NCBI GenBank assembly: GCA_963754715.1
Contig: CAVWHA010000010.1
Span: forward strand, 39,045-103,044
Source of the DNA: an uncultured Actinomycetes bacterium
GTDB taxonomy: Bacteria > Actinomycetota > Thermoleophilia > Gaiellales > Gaiellaceae
Reading direction: 5' to 3'
Length of the DNA: 64,000 bases
The notes beneath the pieces were generated by a model, which was given only the letters and a program-made list of their open reading frames with translations, searched no databases and was not told the DNA's origin. This document shows, one piece after another, positions 1-10,344 of the stretch; the stretch's first letter is position 1; each line of letters starts with the position of its first letter. The position numbers and the translations under genes are program-made.

Positions 1-578
1 CCCCCATCGGCTTCGTCCGTGCCGCGAAGGCGGCGGGGATGCGGAACATGGACGCCTACGCCCACCACCCGTACGCCGGCGACCCCGCGTACCGCCCGGG
101 TGCCCACCCGCGCAACCCGCGCGCGATCACGATGGCGAACATCGGGAAGCTGATCGACGAGGTCACGATCCTCTACGGCGAGAAGCCGATCTGGATCACC
201 GAGTACGGCTACGAGACGAACCCGCCCGACTGGAACTTCGGCGTCTCCTGGGACCGGCAGGCGGAGTACATGCGCGAGGCGTACACGATCGCCCGGCGCA
301 ATCCGCGCATCAGCATGATGCTGTGGTTCCTCGTCCGGGACGAGCTGCGCGAGACCGGCTGGCAGTCAGGCGTGATTTCCGCCGGCGGGCGGCGCAAGCC
401 GTCGTTCTACGAGTTTCAGCGATTGGCGGAAGGCGTGCGGAAGCACCATCTGGCTGTCTTGCGTCGGAAGCCGATGTTCGACCGCGACACGTTCGTCAAG
501 CGGATCGTCGAGGACTCGGGCTCGTCGGCGTCGATGCGCGAATGGATCGCGCTGGCCCCGCATCTCGGCGGCGCGTAG
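1..578 (+). CDS. glycoside hydrolase-like protein (clan GH-A type), C-terminal part; 5' end lies off the left edge
   Basis: Frame is open from nt 3 to the stop at 576-578. 'HHPY...PIWITEYGYETNP' resembles the nucleophile-Glu strand of (beta/alpha)8 GH-A hydrolases. The family cannot be assigned by eye. Confidence 0.5.
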   Translation, partial: PIGFVRAAKAAGMRNMDAYAHHPYAGDPAYRPGAHPRNPRAITMANIGKLIDEVTILYGEKPIWITEYGYETNPPDWNFGVSWDRQAEYMREAYTIARRNPRISMMLWFLVRDELRETGWQSGVISAGGRRKPSFYEFQRLAEGVRKHHLAVLRRKPMFDRDTFVKRIVEDSGSSASMREWIALAPHLGGA

Positions 579-642
579 CCCAGGGCTGGTCCCATGAATC
601 CTGGTCTTGTAACCAGGAAAGCAATCTGAATAGGTTCAAGCG

Positions 643-3600
643 GTGCGTTCTGCGGGCGCCTGCTGCGGCCAATCGCTTTCACCTGCCCGGGCTCTCAGGC
701 TCGCGCTCGTGGTGCTCGCTCTCGCGCTTGCCGTGGTCGTGTGGCCGAAGCCGGCGCACGCGTACAACGGCGACGCCACCTACCAGTGGTGGCACCCCTA
801 CTACTCCTGCACCTACACCCAGACGTTCGAAGGCGGCTTTCAGACCGCAGGACGAATCGACGGACGCTGGCAAGTGGTCGCACAGGCGGTCGGCGGGAAC
901 AAGATCACCTGGATCAGGCTCGAAGCCTGGGTGGTCGGCTATGCGGAGAGCGGCCTGTTCGGCCTTCCTCAGTGGGTGAAAATCGGCAACAAGATCAATT
1001 TGCAGAACACTCTGCTCCTGAGTGGAAAGCGCACGGAGCCCGTCACGTTCAACTTCCATTCGCAGGGTCTGCAAGTGACCAACCTGCAGACGATGCCGTC
1101 GACCGTCGGCATCGTCTTCAAGATCAGCTGGCGGCGCCAGTACGGCAAGGGGCCGTTCAAGAAGTGGAAGACGAAGAAGAAGGCCTCGGACTTTTTCGAC
1201 ACCGTCCGGCTCTCCGGCAACCAGGTGCTGAGCGACGTGAAGGACTACGTTCTCTTGCAGCAGTGCAGGAATGTTCCGCTCGGCTCGCGCCCCGCCGACG
1301 CGCGGGCGACTGATGCGCCGTCCGGTGGAACGCTGAGCGGGTCCGCCTCGGTCGGACTGCCGAAGCCGGAGTCGGGCCGCGACCTGGAACCCGTGGACAT
1401 GGGCCCGTTTGCGGCTCTCGGTTACCTCGCGGACGTCGACGACGTGCCGGCGCCGAGCCACGATCGGAGCTTCGAGGGAATCACGGCGGCCGAGACCGCT
1501 GAAGGAGTCGCGGACTCGCGCGCTCCGCCAGAACCGGCGCTCGCAGTGGGCAACGATCGTCTGCTCGTCGCAGGCGGCGGGACGCTCAACGTCCTCGACA
1601 AGGCGACCGGCGCCCGCATCGGTGCGCCACGATCTGCGCGAGAACTGTGGGCCGGCTTGGGCGGGCCCTGCGCGGACGCACTTGGTGATGCGCGCGTCGC
1701 CGTCCTTTTCGACGAGCATGCCGGTCGCTTCGTCGTCGCCAGGACAGCGTCTTCTGCGGATGCAGAGACAGAAGCTCGAGCCTGCCTCGCGGTGTCCGCG
1801 ACGGGAGATCCGTCAGGCTCCTGGCACGCCTACGACAAACCTCTGGGAACCGGGCTCGCTACGAGAGACGTCCGACTCGCGTCCTGGCCGGGCTCGTTCC
1901 TGCTGACGACCAACACCGCGCGGATCGAGCCGCCACCTACCACCGACGAGGAGCCCAGCCCGCCGGAGGATCTCGCGTCGGCATCGACCTCGGTGGTCGC
2001 TTTCGGCCGCGACGCCGCCCTCGCGGGCGGACCCGCTCCGTCTCTGATCCGGGGCTTCCCCGCGGCCGACGGCGTCACGTCGCTGGCGCCCGTAGACCTC
2101 GATACAGACGGGGTCGATCCTGCGTCACCGGCGCTGGTCGTGGGTGTCAGCCCTACGGGCCTTCTTCTCTACAAGCTGACGATCGACTGGGCCAACCCCG
2201 CTTCCGCAACGGTGAGCACCGCCGTCCCCGTCAACGGGTCGGCGCCTCTGAGCTCGTCGGAGTGCGAGGCGCCTTGCGCGGCACAGCCGCCGCCCGGCGA
2301 GCTGCTCGACATCGCTTTCGGGCGTATCGGAACGCGGCCCCTGATCTATCGCAACGAGGACGGCGACCTTCGGCTCAACCTCGCGCTCAGCACCGACACG
2401 CCGTACTGGGTCGACATCGCCGACCCGCTGGGCTCGCCCAGCATCGACGCCAACCGAGATGTGTCGGCCGGCGACACGGGTCTCAAGTCGTTCCAGCCCT
2501 CCGTCGTTCCAGACGGGCACGGCGGACACGCCGTCGCTCTGCACGCCTCGAGCACGACTGCCGCCCCCGCGACGTACTACGACACGTTCGACTCCCTCGG
2601 CACCGAGAGCAGCCTGAGGCGGGCATCGATCTCCGATGCGGCCGTCTCGACGCTCGGCTCGAGCTTCGGGCCCGACACCGCCGCGGCGCGTGATCCCTCA
2701 GAGGACTGCCGAATCTGGATTGCCGGCCAGGAGCAGCGGTCGACCACTCCGGGAGACTGGTCGGTGCGGATCACGTCGTTCCGAGCGAGCTCGTGCCCGG
2801 CCGAGCCGAACGCAGCGCCGACGGCCACCTTCACGATGACACCGGCGCGCGGCCGGCCCCCGCTCAATGTGGCATTCAACGCGTCCCAATCCACGGATCC
2901 CGAAGCAGGTGCGCTCACATACGAATGGAGCTTCGGCGACGGAGGAAGTGGAACCGGTGCGACGGCGGCGCACGAGTATTCGGCGGAGGGCATCTTCCGC
3001 GCACGGCTCGTGGTGACGGACCCGGACGGAAAGACGGCGACCATGACGAGGCTGGTGGAGGTGGTCGACGACGATCGCCCGCCGGTCGCGGGACCCGACG
3101 ACATGTTCACGAAGGTCGGGATGACCGCGAGCTTCAATGTCATCGCCGGCCAGGTCGGCGGGCCGCCGAGCGACTGGGATCCGGACGGCGGAGCGGTGAC
3201 GATGACCGCGAACACCGATCCGGCTCACGGGTCCGTCGCATGCTCGCCCGAAGGGGTCTGCATCTATACGCCGGAGGATGCGTACAGCGGAGGAGACCGC
3301 TTCGAGTACACGCTGCGGGACGACGAGGCGAACGTCGTCACCGGCCTCGTGTCGGTCGACGTCCGGAACAGAGGCCCGCAGCTCGAGGAGGACGGGCTCG
3401 AGGCCGGGTCGGGGACGCCGGCGACTGAGGACGTCCTCGCGAACGACAAGGAGCCCGATCCGACCGACGTATTGACGCTCGTCTCGAACACGGCGCCGGC
3501 GCACGGGACCGTCGATTGCTCCGAGGGCGGCGTCTGCGTCTACGAATCGTCGCCGGGCTTCGCCGGCATCGACCGCTTCGAGTACACGGCCACCGACGGT

Positions 3601-6600
3601 GAGTTGACCGCGACGAGCGCCGTCGACGTCTTCGTGTCCGAGTGCCCAGACCTGACGGGCGCGATCGGAAACGGCTCCTCGCTGATCTCCGGATGGGAGT
3701 GGGTCGAGTGCGCCTCGCCCGACGCGCACGACGAGACGACGCTGTCTCCGGCCGGTCTTCCGCGAACCGGGCCTGCCGCACTGATGACATCCGGGGCGGC
3801 TGCGCTCGCGGCGCCGCCGAATACGGAGGACGGCGCCGGCGCCGACCTCGGCACAGCGGCGCGAGGCGCATTCGACGTAAGCATCCTCCGTCTCGACCTC
3901 CAGATCCCGGAGGGCGCCACCTGCCTCGGCTTCGACGCGGTCTTCGCGTCGGACGAGTACCCCGAATACGTCGGCTCGCCGTTCAACGACGCCTTCCTCG
4001 CCGAGCTCGACGAGTCGAACTGGTCTGTAGCAGGATCGACGATCACTGCGCCCAACAACTTCGCGCTCGACGCCGGAGGACGGATCCTGAGCGTGAACAG
4101 CGTCCTCTTCGGCGGCGTCGTCACGCACAACGGCACCGAGTACGACGGCTCGACTCCCCCGATTCGAATCCAGACCCCGGTCACACCGGGGTCCCACAGC
4201 CTCTACCTCTCGATCTTCGACGCGTCCGACCACATCCTCGATTCCGCCGCGTTCGTCGACAACCTCCTCGCCGGCGTCACGCCTGTCGGTGGCTGCACAA
4301 GCGGCGTCAACGTGAAGCCGACCGCGGGATCCGACACCGCCGCGACTCTCGAGGACACAGCCGGTGAACGTGGACGTGCTGGCGAACGATTCGGATTCCG
4401 ACGGCACGCTCGTGCCGTCCACGCTCCGAGTCGTGACCCCGCCGGCGACCGGGACCGCCACGGTCGTCGACGGAAAGATCGCGTACACCCCCGCTCCGAA
4501 CGCCTCCGGCGCAGTGACGCTCACGTACGAGATCTGCGACAACGGCGGGGCATGCGCGACGGCGACTGTGACGATCACCGTCGTCGCCGTCAACGATCCG
4601 CCGGTCGCGAACAACGATTCGGCGGCGACGAGCCCAGGCACGCCCGTGGACGTCGACGTACTCGCGAACGACTCCGACGTCGAGGGCTCGACGCTCACCG
4701 TTTCGACCTTCAGCCAGGGCGCCAACGGGACCGTCGCGCTCGTGGCGGGCAAGCTCCGCTACACACCGGGCGTCGGCTTCACCGGCTCGGACACGTTCAC
4801 CTACCGCGCGCACGACGGCACCGTCGACTCCAACCTGGCGACGGTCACGATCACCGACGGGAACGTCGCACCGGTGGCGGTAGACGACGCGGCCTCGACC
4901 GACGAGGACACGCCCGTGGACGTCAACGTGCTCGCCAACGACACCGATGCCGACGGGGACCCGCTCTCGGTCGCATCGTTCACGCAGCCTGCCCACGGAA
5001 GCGTTGCGCTCGCGGGAGCCATGCTCCGCTACACGCCTGCGGCGAACTTCAACGGCACCGACACATTCCAGTACAGGGCCAGCGACGCGACGGAGCAATC
5101 GAACCTCGCGATGGTCACGATCACCGTCAACTCGGTGAGCGACGCGCCGGTCGCAAGCGACAGCACCGAGACGACGGCTGAGGACACTCCGCTGACCTCG
5201 ACCGTTTCGGCGACGGACGGGGACGGCGACGCGCTCAGCTATTCGCTCGTCGGCCCAGCACCGGTCGGCCTCAGCTTCAACACCGCGAACGGCGCATTCA
5301 CCTACACCCCGGCGTCGAACTTCCACGGGACCGTCAGCTTCCAGTTCAAGGCGAACGACGGAACGACTGACTCGAACACCGCGACGGTCACGATCACCGT
5401 CACTCCCGTCAACGACCGGCCGGTGGCCCTGACGGACGCCTACGAGACGAACGAGGACACGACGCTCAACGTCGCCGCATCCGGCGTCCTCGGCAACGAC
5501 AGCGACGTTGAGGGCACTGCGCTTCAGGCAGTCCTCCAGCCCGGCGGCGACCCCCTCAACGGCGTGCTCACGTTGAACGCGGACGGCTCGTTCAGCTACG
5601 TCCCGGATGCGAACTTCCACGGCACGGACTCGTTCCAGTACCGCGCCAGTGACGGCGCGCTCGTCTCCACACCGCCGACCGTCGTGACGATCACCGTGCG
5701 TCCCATCAACGACGCGCCGGTCGCTCTGGATGACTCGAAGAGCACCGACGAGGACACGCCGTTCAGCGCGTCTGTCTCGGCGACCGACGTCGACGGCGAC
5801 CCGCTGTCGTTCGCGCTCGTCGGATCGGCGCCGGCTGGGCTCACGTTCAATGCGAACGGCTCCTACACGTACACGCCGCCGGCCGACTTCAACGGAACGG
5901 CGAGCTTCCAGTTCAAGGCCAACGATGGGACCGTCGACTCGAACACGGCAACCGTCACGATCACCGTCAACCCGGTCAACGACGCGCCGGTCGCTTTCGA
6001 CGCCGGCCGGGCGACCGACGAGGACACCACGCTGAGCTCCTCGGTCCCGGCGGCTGTTGACGTCGACGGCGACTCGCTGACCTACGCCGTCGTCACCGGG
6101 CTCCCTGGCCTGACGTTCAACGCGAACGGCACGTTCACCTACGTCCCGCCGGCCAACTTCAACGGCACGAAGACGTTCACATACAAGGCCAACGACGGCA
6201 GCGCGGACTCCAACGTCGCCACGATCACCATCACCGTCAATCCGGTCAACGACGCGCCGGTGGCCGCGAATGACTCCGCCGCGACCGACCAGGGCGTCGC
6301 GGTGGACGTCGACGTGCTCGCCAACGACGCCGACATCGACGGCCCCTCGCTCGGCGTCGGCTCCTTCAGCCAGGGCGCCAACGGCACGGTCGCCCTCGTC
6401 GCCGGCAAGCTTCGCTACACGCCGAACGCCGGCTTCCACGGCACGGATTCGTTCACCTACCGGGCGACCGATGGGATCGCCGACTCGAACCTCGCGACGG
6501 TGACGATCACGGTGCGCAAGCCCAACGAAGCGCCGGTCGCGGCTGATCTCTCGGTGAGCACGCCCGAGGACACAACGCTGACGTCCTCTGTCGTCGCGAC

Positions 6601-8149
6601 CGACGCCGACAGCGACGCGCTCACCTACTCGGAGACGGGCGTGCACCTCGTCGGCCTGACGCTCAATCCGAACGGCAACTTCACCTACACGCCGGCGACC
6701 AACTTCAACGGCACCAAGACCTTCAGCTTCAAGGCGAACGACGGCACGGCGGACTCGAACGTCGCGACCGTGACGATCACCGTGACCCCGGTGAACGACG
6801 CGCCGACCGCCGCGAATGACTCCGCCGCAACCGACCAGGGCGTCGCGGTGGACATCGACGTGCTCGCCAACGACGCCGACATCGACGGCCCCTCGCTCGG
6901 CGTCGGCCCCTTCGGCCAGGGCGGCAACGGGACGGTCTCCCTCGTGGCCGGCAAGCTTCGCTACACGCCGAACGCCGGCTTCACCGGTGCCGACAGCTTC
7001 ACGTATCGCGCGTCCGACGGCTTGCTCACGTCGAACCTTGCAACGGTCACGATCACGGTGCGCCAGACGACGCCCGACCCGAACGCCCAGTGCACGATCA
7101 ACGGCACCGGCGGCAACGACACCCTGTCGGGGACGCCGGGTGACGACGTGATCTGCGGCCTCGGCGGCAACGACCGCATCAGCGCTCTGGGCGGCAACGA
7201 CGTCGTCAAGGGCGGCCCCGGCGCCGACACCGCCGACGGCGGCGACGGCAACGACTTGATCCTCGGCGAGGCGGGCAACGACACCGTTCTCGAGGGAGGC
7301 GCGGGCGACGACACGATCATCGGCGGCGTCGGACACGACAAGCTCGCCGGCACCGGCGGCAACGACCAGCTCCGCGGCGAAGACGGGCGCGACTGGCTGC
7401 TCGGCGGGTCCGGCAACGACACGCTCGACGGCGGAGCCGACAACGACAAGGCCGACTACAAGGAGTCCTCGAGCGCCGTCCAGATCGATCTCGCCGCGGG
7501 AACAGCCGCCGGTGAGGGCTCCGACACGCTCTCGTCCGTCGAGATCGTCGTCGGCTCCCCGTTCGGTGACCTGATCGACGGGAGCGACGGGCCGGATGAG
7601 CTGAGCGGCTACAACGGCAACGACACGATCAACGGGCGCGGCGGCAACGACTTCATCGACGGCGGGCGCAACACCGACGACTGTGGCCAGGGCCCCGGCA
7701 CGGGCGACGTGGTCAACTGCGAAGCCCGCCAGGCGGCCGGCGCAGCCGCGACCAACAACGCCTCGTCGAGCTTCACGCAGCCGAACCAGCTGGCGACGCA
7801 GACGATTCCCGTCTCGCCCGCCAGTTCGTCGTTCAACGCGATCCTGAGCTGGGAGGCCCCGGGATCCTCGTTCACGATCACAGCGGAGCTCGTCCAGGCC
7901 GGGTCTGGAGCGTTCGCGCTCGCCTCCGCAGACACGAGCGACAAGGCGAAGCCGAAGAAAAAGCCGAAGGCGAGGAAGCCCATCACTCTCCGGCTCACGG
8001 TTCGGCGAGGCGCCACCTACATGGTCGTCCGAGGCTCCGTCCCGAAGAAGTACCGCAAGCGAGGCGCGAAGATCCGCTTCAAGCTCAGAGCGGTCCAGCT
8101 CGCGGAGCGAACGACGGTCGAGACGACCGTCAAGCAGCCACGACGCTAG
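643..8149 (+). CDS. giant secreted multi-domain adhesin-like protein (~2,500 aa); reading frame broken as assembled by one extra base at ~4363
   Basis: ORFs 643-5181 and 4364-8149 join seamlessly if G4363 is skipped: '...SDTAATLEDTA|VNVDVLANDSD...' matches the following repeats, while the frame-1 continuation is Arg-rich nonsense. Domains seen: signal peptide (...LALAVVVWPKPAHA), PKD domain (~2806-3066, 'YEWSFGDG...VTDPDG'), choice-of-anchor-L-like module (~3868-4276, 'FASDEYPEYVGSPFNDAF'), 12 Ig-like repeats, an RTX block and a Lys-rich C-terminus. Confidence 0.85.
3067..7075 (+). repeat. 12 tandem ~91-100-aa Ig/cadherin-like coding repeats ('tandem-95'/VCBS-type), interrupted by the choice-of-anchor-L module
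   Basis: Recurrent boundary 'VTITV.PVNDAPVA..D'. Two alternating repeat flavours: 'VDVDVLANDSD..G..L.V..F.QGANGTVALVAGKLRYTP' and 'TEDT.L...V.ATD.DGD.L.Y.LV....GL.FN.NG.FTYTP..NF.GT.SF.FKANDG'. Confidence 0.8.
7090..7670 (+). repeat. RTX / hemolysin-type Ca2+-binding nonapeptide repeat block
   Basis: More than 15 consecutive GGxGxDxLx units ('GTGGNDTLSGTPGDDVICGLGGNDRISALGGNDVVKGGPGADTADGGDGNDLILGEAGNDTV...'). Confidence 0.85.
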
Positions 8150-8162
8150 GACCCCGCGTCCT

Positions 8163-9176
8163 CTAGCTCATCTCCCTGCGGTGGCTCGTGGCGAGCGCGG
8201 TGATCTCGCCCGCCTCGATCGCCTCGAGCGGGATGACGACCGAGCGCACCTTGGTGGCGGCGCGGAGCGTCGACGTCCGCATCCCGCCCTCCATCGACGC
8301 GCGCTCGCCGACGATCGCGCCCGGGCCGACCTGGGCGACGGTTTCGCCGTCGACCTCGACGTCGAGGATCCCGTCCAGGATCAGGAACAGGCTCGTCCCG
8401 GGCTCGTCCTGCTCGACGAGCGCCTCTCCTTCCTTGAGCTCGCGCCGATCGAGACCCTTCGAGTCGGCCATGAGGAGCTGGGAAAGCTCGCGCTCGAGCT
8501 CGGTCTCGACGGCCGCGACGAGCGCCGGGTTCTCCTCCCCGCCCCACGGCGTGTTCGGCCCGTAGGACTCGCGCCACCAGCGCTCGAAATCGATCTCGCC
8601 GCTCTTCTCGACGAGCGCCCCCTCGTCGTCGTAGATCCAGTGGCGCGGAAACGGCGAGGCCCCGACGAGGCGGTGCTTTGAGGTCCCGTCGGCGTAGATG
8701 ATCAGCTGGAGGGTCGTCCAGGCGGAGGCCGAGGAGATCTGGAAGAACGGCTTGCCGCTGACGCGGCGCGGCGCGGGAAGCCCCATCCGGCCGCCGGCGC
8801 TCTGGACGAACTTCACCCAGTCCGGCCCGACCTCCGGCTCAGCCTGGATCAGCGGGTACTTGACACCCGGGAACGCCATCGTCTTCGGGCCGACCTTCAC
8901 GTGCGTCGTCCCGACGAGCGCGCCGCCCGAGTAGCCCGAGTCCACGATCTTCCCGTCGTCGACCTCGATCCAGGCGCGAAGCTGATTGGCCTCGCGAAAG
9001 CTGTCGTTGTCGCGCAGCTTCTCGATCTGCCCCTGCGCCAGGCGGTCCGGCGGCGGCTGGTCGTAGTGGGTGATCCCGATCTCGAACGGAAGCTTCGGCA
9101 TTCCCTCGATCGCCTCGGACGGAATCCATGTGACGGCGGTTACAGACTTCTCTACTCGCATGCCCACTCTCCTCAT
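8163..9176 (-). CDS. cyclic-nucleotide-binding domain protein with an unrecognised ~220-aa N-terminal domain
   Basis: 337-aa ORF. The C-terminal ~110 aa look like a CAP-effector cNMP-binding fold ('LFLILDGILDVEVDGETVAQVGPGAIVGERASMEGGMRTSTLRAAT'). Start is either 9176 or 9161. Confidence 0.65.
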   Translation of the reverse strand: MRRVGMRVEKSVTAVTWIPSEAIEGMPKLPFEIGITHYDQPPPDRLAQGQIEKLRDNDSFREANQLRAWIEVDDGKIVDSGYSGGALVGTTHVKVGPKTMAFPGVKYPLIQAEPEVGPDWVKFVQSAGGRMGLPAPRRVSGKPFFQISSASAWTTLQLIIYADGTSKHRLVGASPFPRHWIYDDEGALVEKSGEIDFERWWRESYGPNTPWGGEENPALVAAVETELERELSQLLMADSKGLDRRELKEGEALVEQDEPGTSLFLILDGILDVEVDGETVAQVGPGAIVGERASMEGGMRTSTLRAATKVRSVVIPLEAIEAGEITALATSHRREMS

Positions 9177-9279
9177 CGTGTTCAGACAATCCTTACCGAC
9201 TCCGTGGATTCACCTCAACTGCTGCGGGTATCCATACCTCCATCGGACCACGAAGCACGTGAAGGGGGAATCCGAACTG

Positions 9280-10068
9280 ATGAGAAAGCTCCAGCTACTC
9301 GCGGCTGCGGCCGCGGCCTCGGCGTTGACAGCGCTCGCTGCAGTCGCCGGCTTGGCCGAGGCACAAGCTCAGATCGCACCGGCCAACACCACCCCGCCCA
9401 CGATCTCGGGAACCGCCCGGGACGGCGACACCCTGACGGTCGACGAGGGCTCCTGGACCGGAGACGACCCGATGACGTTCACCTTCCAGTGGCAGCGCTG
9501 TGACGTGAACGGCCTCAACTGCTCAGATCTCGCCGGCGCGACCGGCTGGACGTACGACGTGCAGACGCCTGACGTCGGCAACCGCCTGCGCGTCCGCGTG
9601 ACGGCGAGGAACACGACCGGCTCCTCGACGGCCAATTCGCAGCCGACCGCACAGGTGACTCCACCCGAGGGCGCGACGAGGCTCGCGAACGGCCGCTACT
9701 CGATCCCCGCCTCGAGCGTGCGCCTGCCGCACCGGCTCGTGGTCTCGGGTGTCGAGTTCGCCCCGACCGTCCTGCGCTCGCGGCAGGAGTTCACCGGCCG
9801 CTTCCGCGTCACCGACACGCGCGGCTACTACGTCCGCGACGCAATCGTCCTGCTCACCGGCGTTCCGCTCGGCTGGATCAACGCGCCGCAGGAGATCCGG
9901 ACGAACGTCGACGGGCTGGCCACGCTGCAGCTCCAGCCCACCACCCGCCTGCGGCTCGTCCGGGGCGGATCGATGGTCATGTTCCTCCGCGCCCGGAAGG
10001 ACGGCGACAGCCTCCTGGCCGGAGTCTCGTCCAGGCGGCTCGTCCGCGTTCGGACGGCGAGGCCCTAG
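9280..10068 (+). CDS. secreted protein with an Ig-like 'PTISGTA.DG.TLTVD.G.W.G' module
   Basis: ATG 9280 follows a purine-rich SD (GAAGGGGGAA, 9261-9270). Signal peptide MRKLQLLAAAAAASALTALAAVAGLAEAQA. The upstream part of ORF 9070 overlaps the previous gene and was trimmed. Confidence 0.7.
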   Translation: MRKLQLLAAAAAASALTALAAVAGLAEAQAQIAPANTTPPTISGTARDGDTLTVDEGSWTGDDPMTFTFQWQRCDVNGLNCSDLAGATGWTYDVQTPDVGNRLRVRVTARNTTGSSTANSQPTAQVTPPEGATRLANGRYSIPASSVRLPHRLVVSGVEFAPTVLRSRQEFTGRFRVTDTRGYYVRDAIVLLTGVPLGWINAPQEIRTNVDGLATLQLQPTTRLRLVRGGSMVMFLRARKDGDSLLAGVSSRRLVRVRTARP

Positions 10069-10098
10069 AGACGCAGCTGCTCGGCGGCGGCGGGAGCT

Positions 10099-10314
10099 CT
10101 AGGAGCTCTCGCCGTCGTCGCTGCGGCGACGGCGCCAGAACCAGAGCGCTCCTCCGACGGCGGCGAGGGCGGAGACGATCGCGCCCTTGTTCGGACGCAT
10201 CGAATCGTCGACCCGGCCCGGGACGGCGTTCTTGGCCTTTCGCTTGGCGACGCGCTTGCCGACCTGCCAGACGCTCCAGCCGAGCATCGCGTTCCGCTTG
10301 TTCAGGATTCCCAT
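10099..10314 (-). CDS. small basic membrane protein (hypothetical)
   Basis: 71-aa ORF with one predicted TM helix (IVSALAAVGGALWFW) and Lys/Arg-rich flanks. No clear SD. Confidence 0.35.
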   Translation of the reverse strand: MGILNKRNAMLGWSVWQVGKRVAKRKAKNAVPGRVDDSMRPNKGAIVSALAAVGGALWFWRRRRSDDGESS

Positions 10315-10344
10315 CGGTCTGAGCCTACCCGCACCGGGAGGCGG

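Noticed and set aside
3067-7075. Regular ~280-nt periodicity that could suggest a CRISPR-like or satellite array.
   Set aside because: The repeats are in-frame coding Ig-like modules of 91-100 aa with diverged sequence. There are no short direct repeats with unique spacers, and no cas genes.
4307-7336. 1009-aa ORF on the minus strand antisense to the adhesin gene, plus many other long ORFs (e.g. 2698-4752).
   Set aside because: Arg/Asp/Val/Gly-rich low-complexity translation that mirrors the sense repeats. In 70 % GC DNA, stop-free antisense frames are expected. The sense frame carries recognisable domains.
7090-7670. Calling the adhesin a type I secretion (T1SS) substrate because of the RTX block.
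   Set aside because: The protein has an N-terminal Sec-type signal peptide. The RTX block is followed by ~160 further residues with a basic tail, and no ABC/MFP/OMP export genes are in the window. It is left as an open question in the findings.
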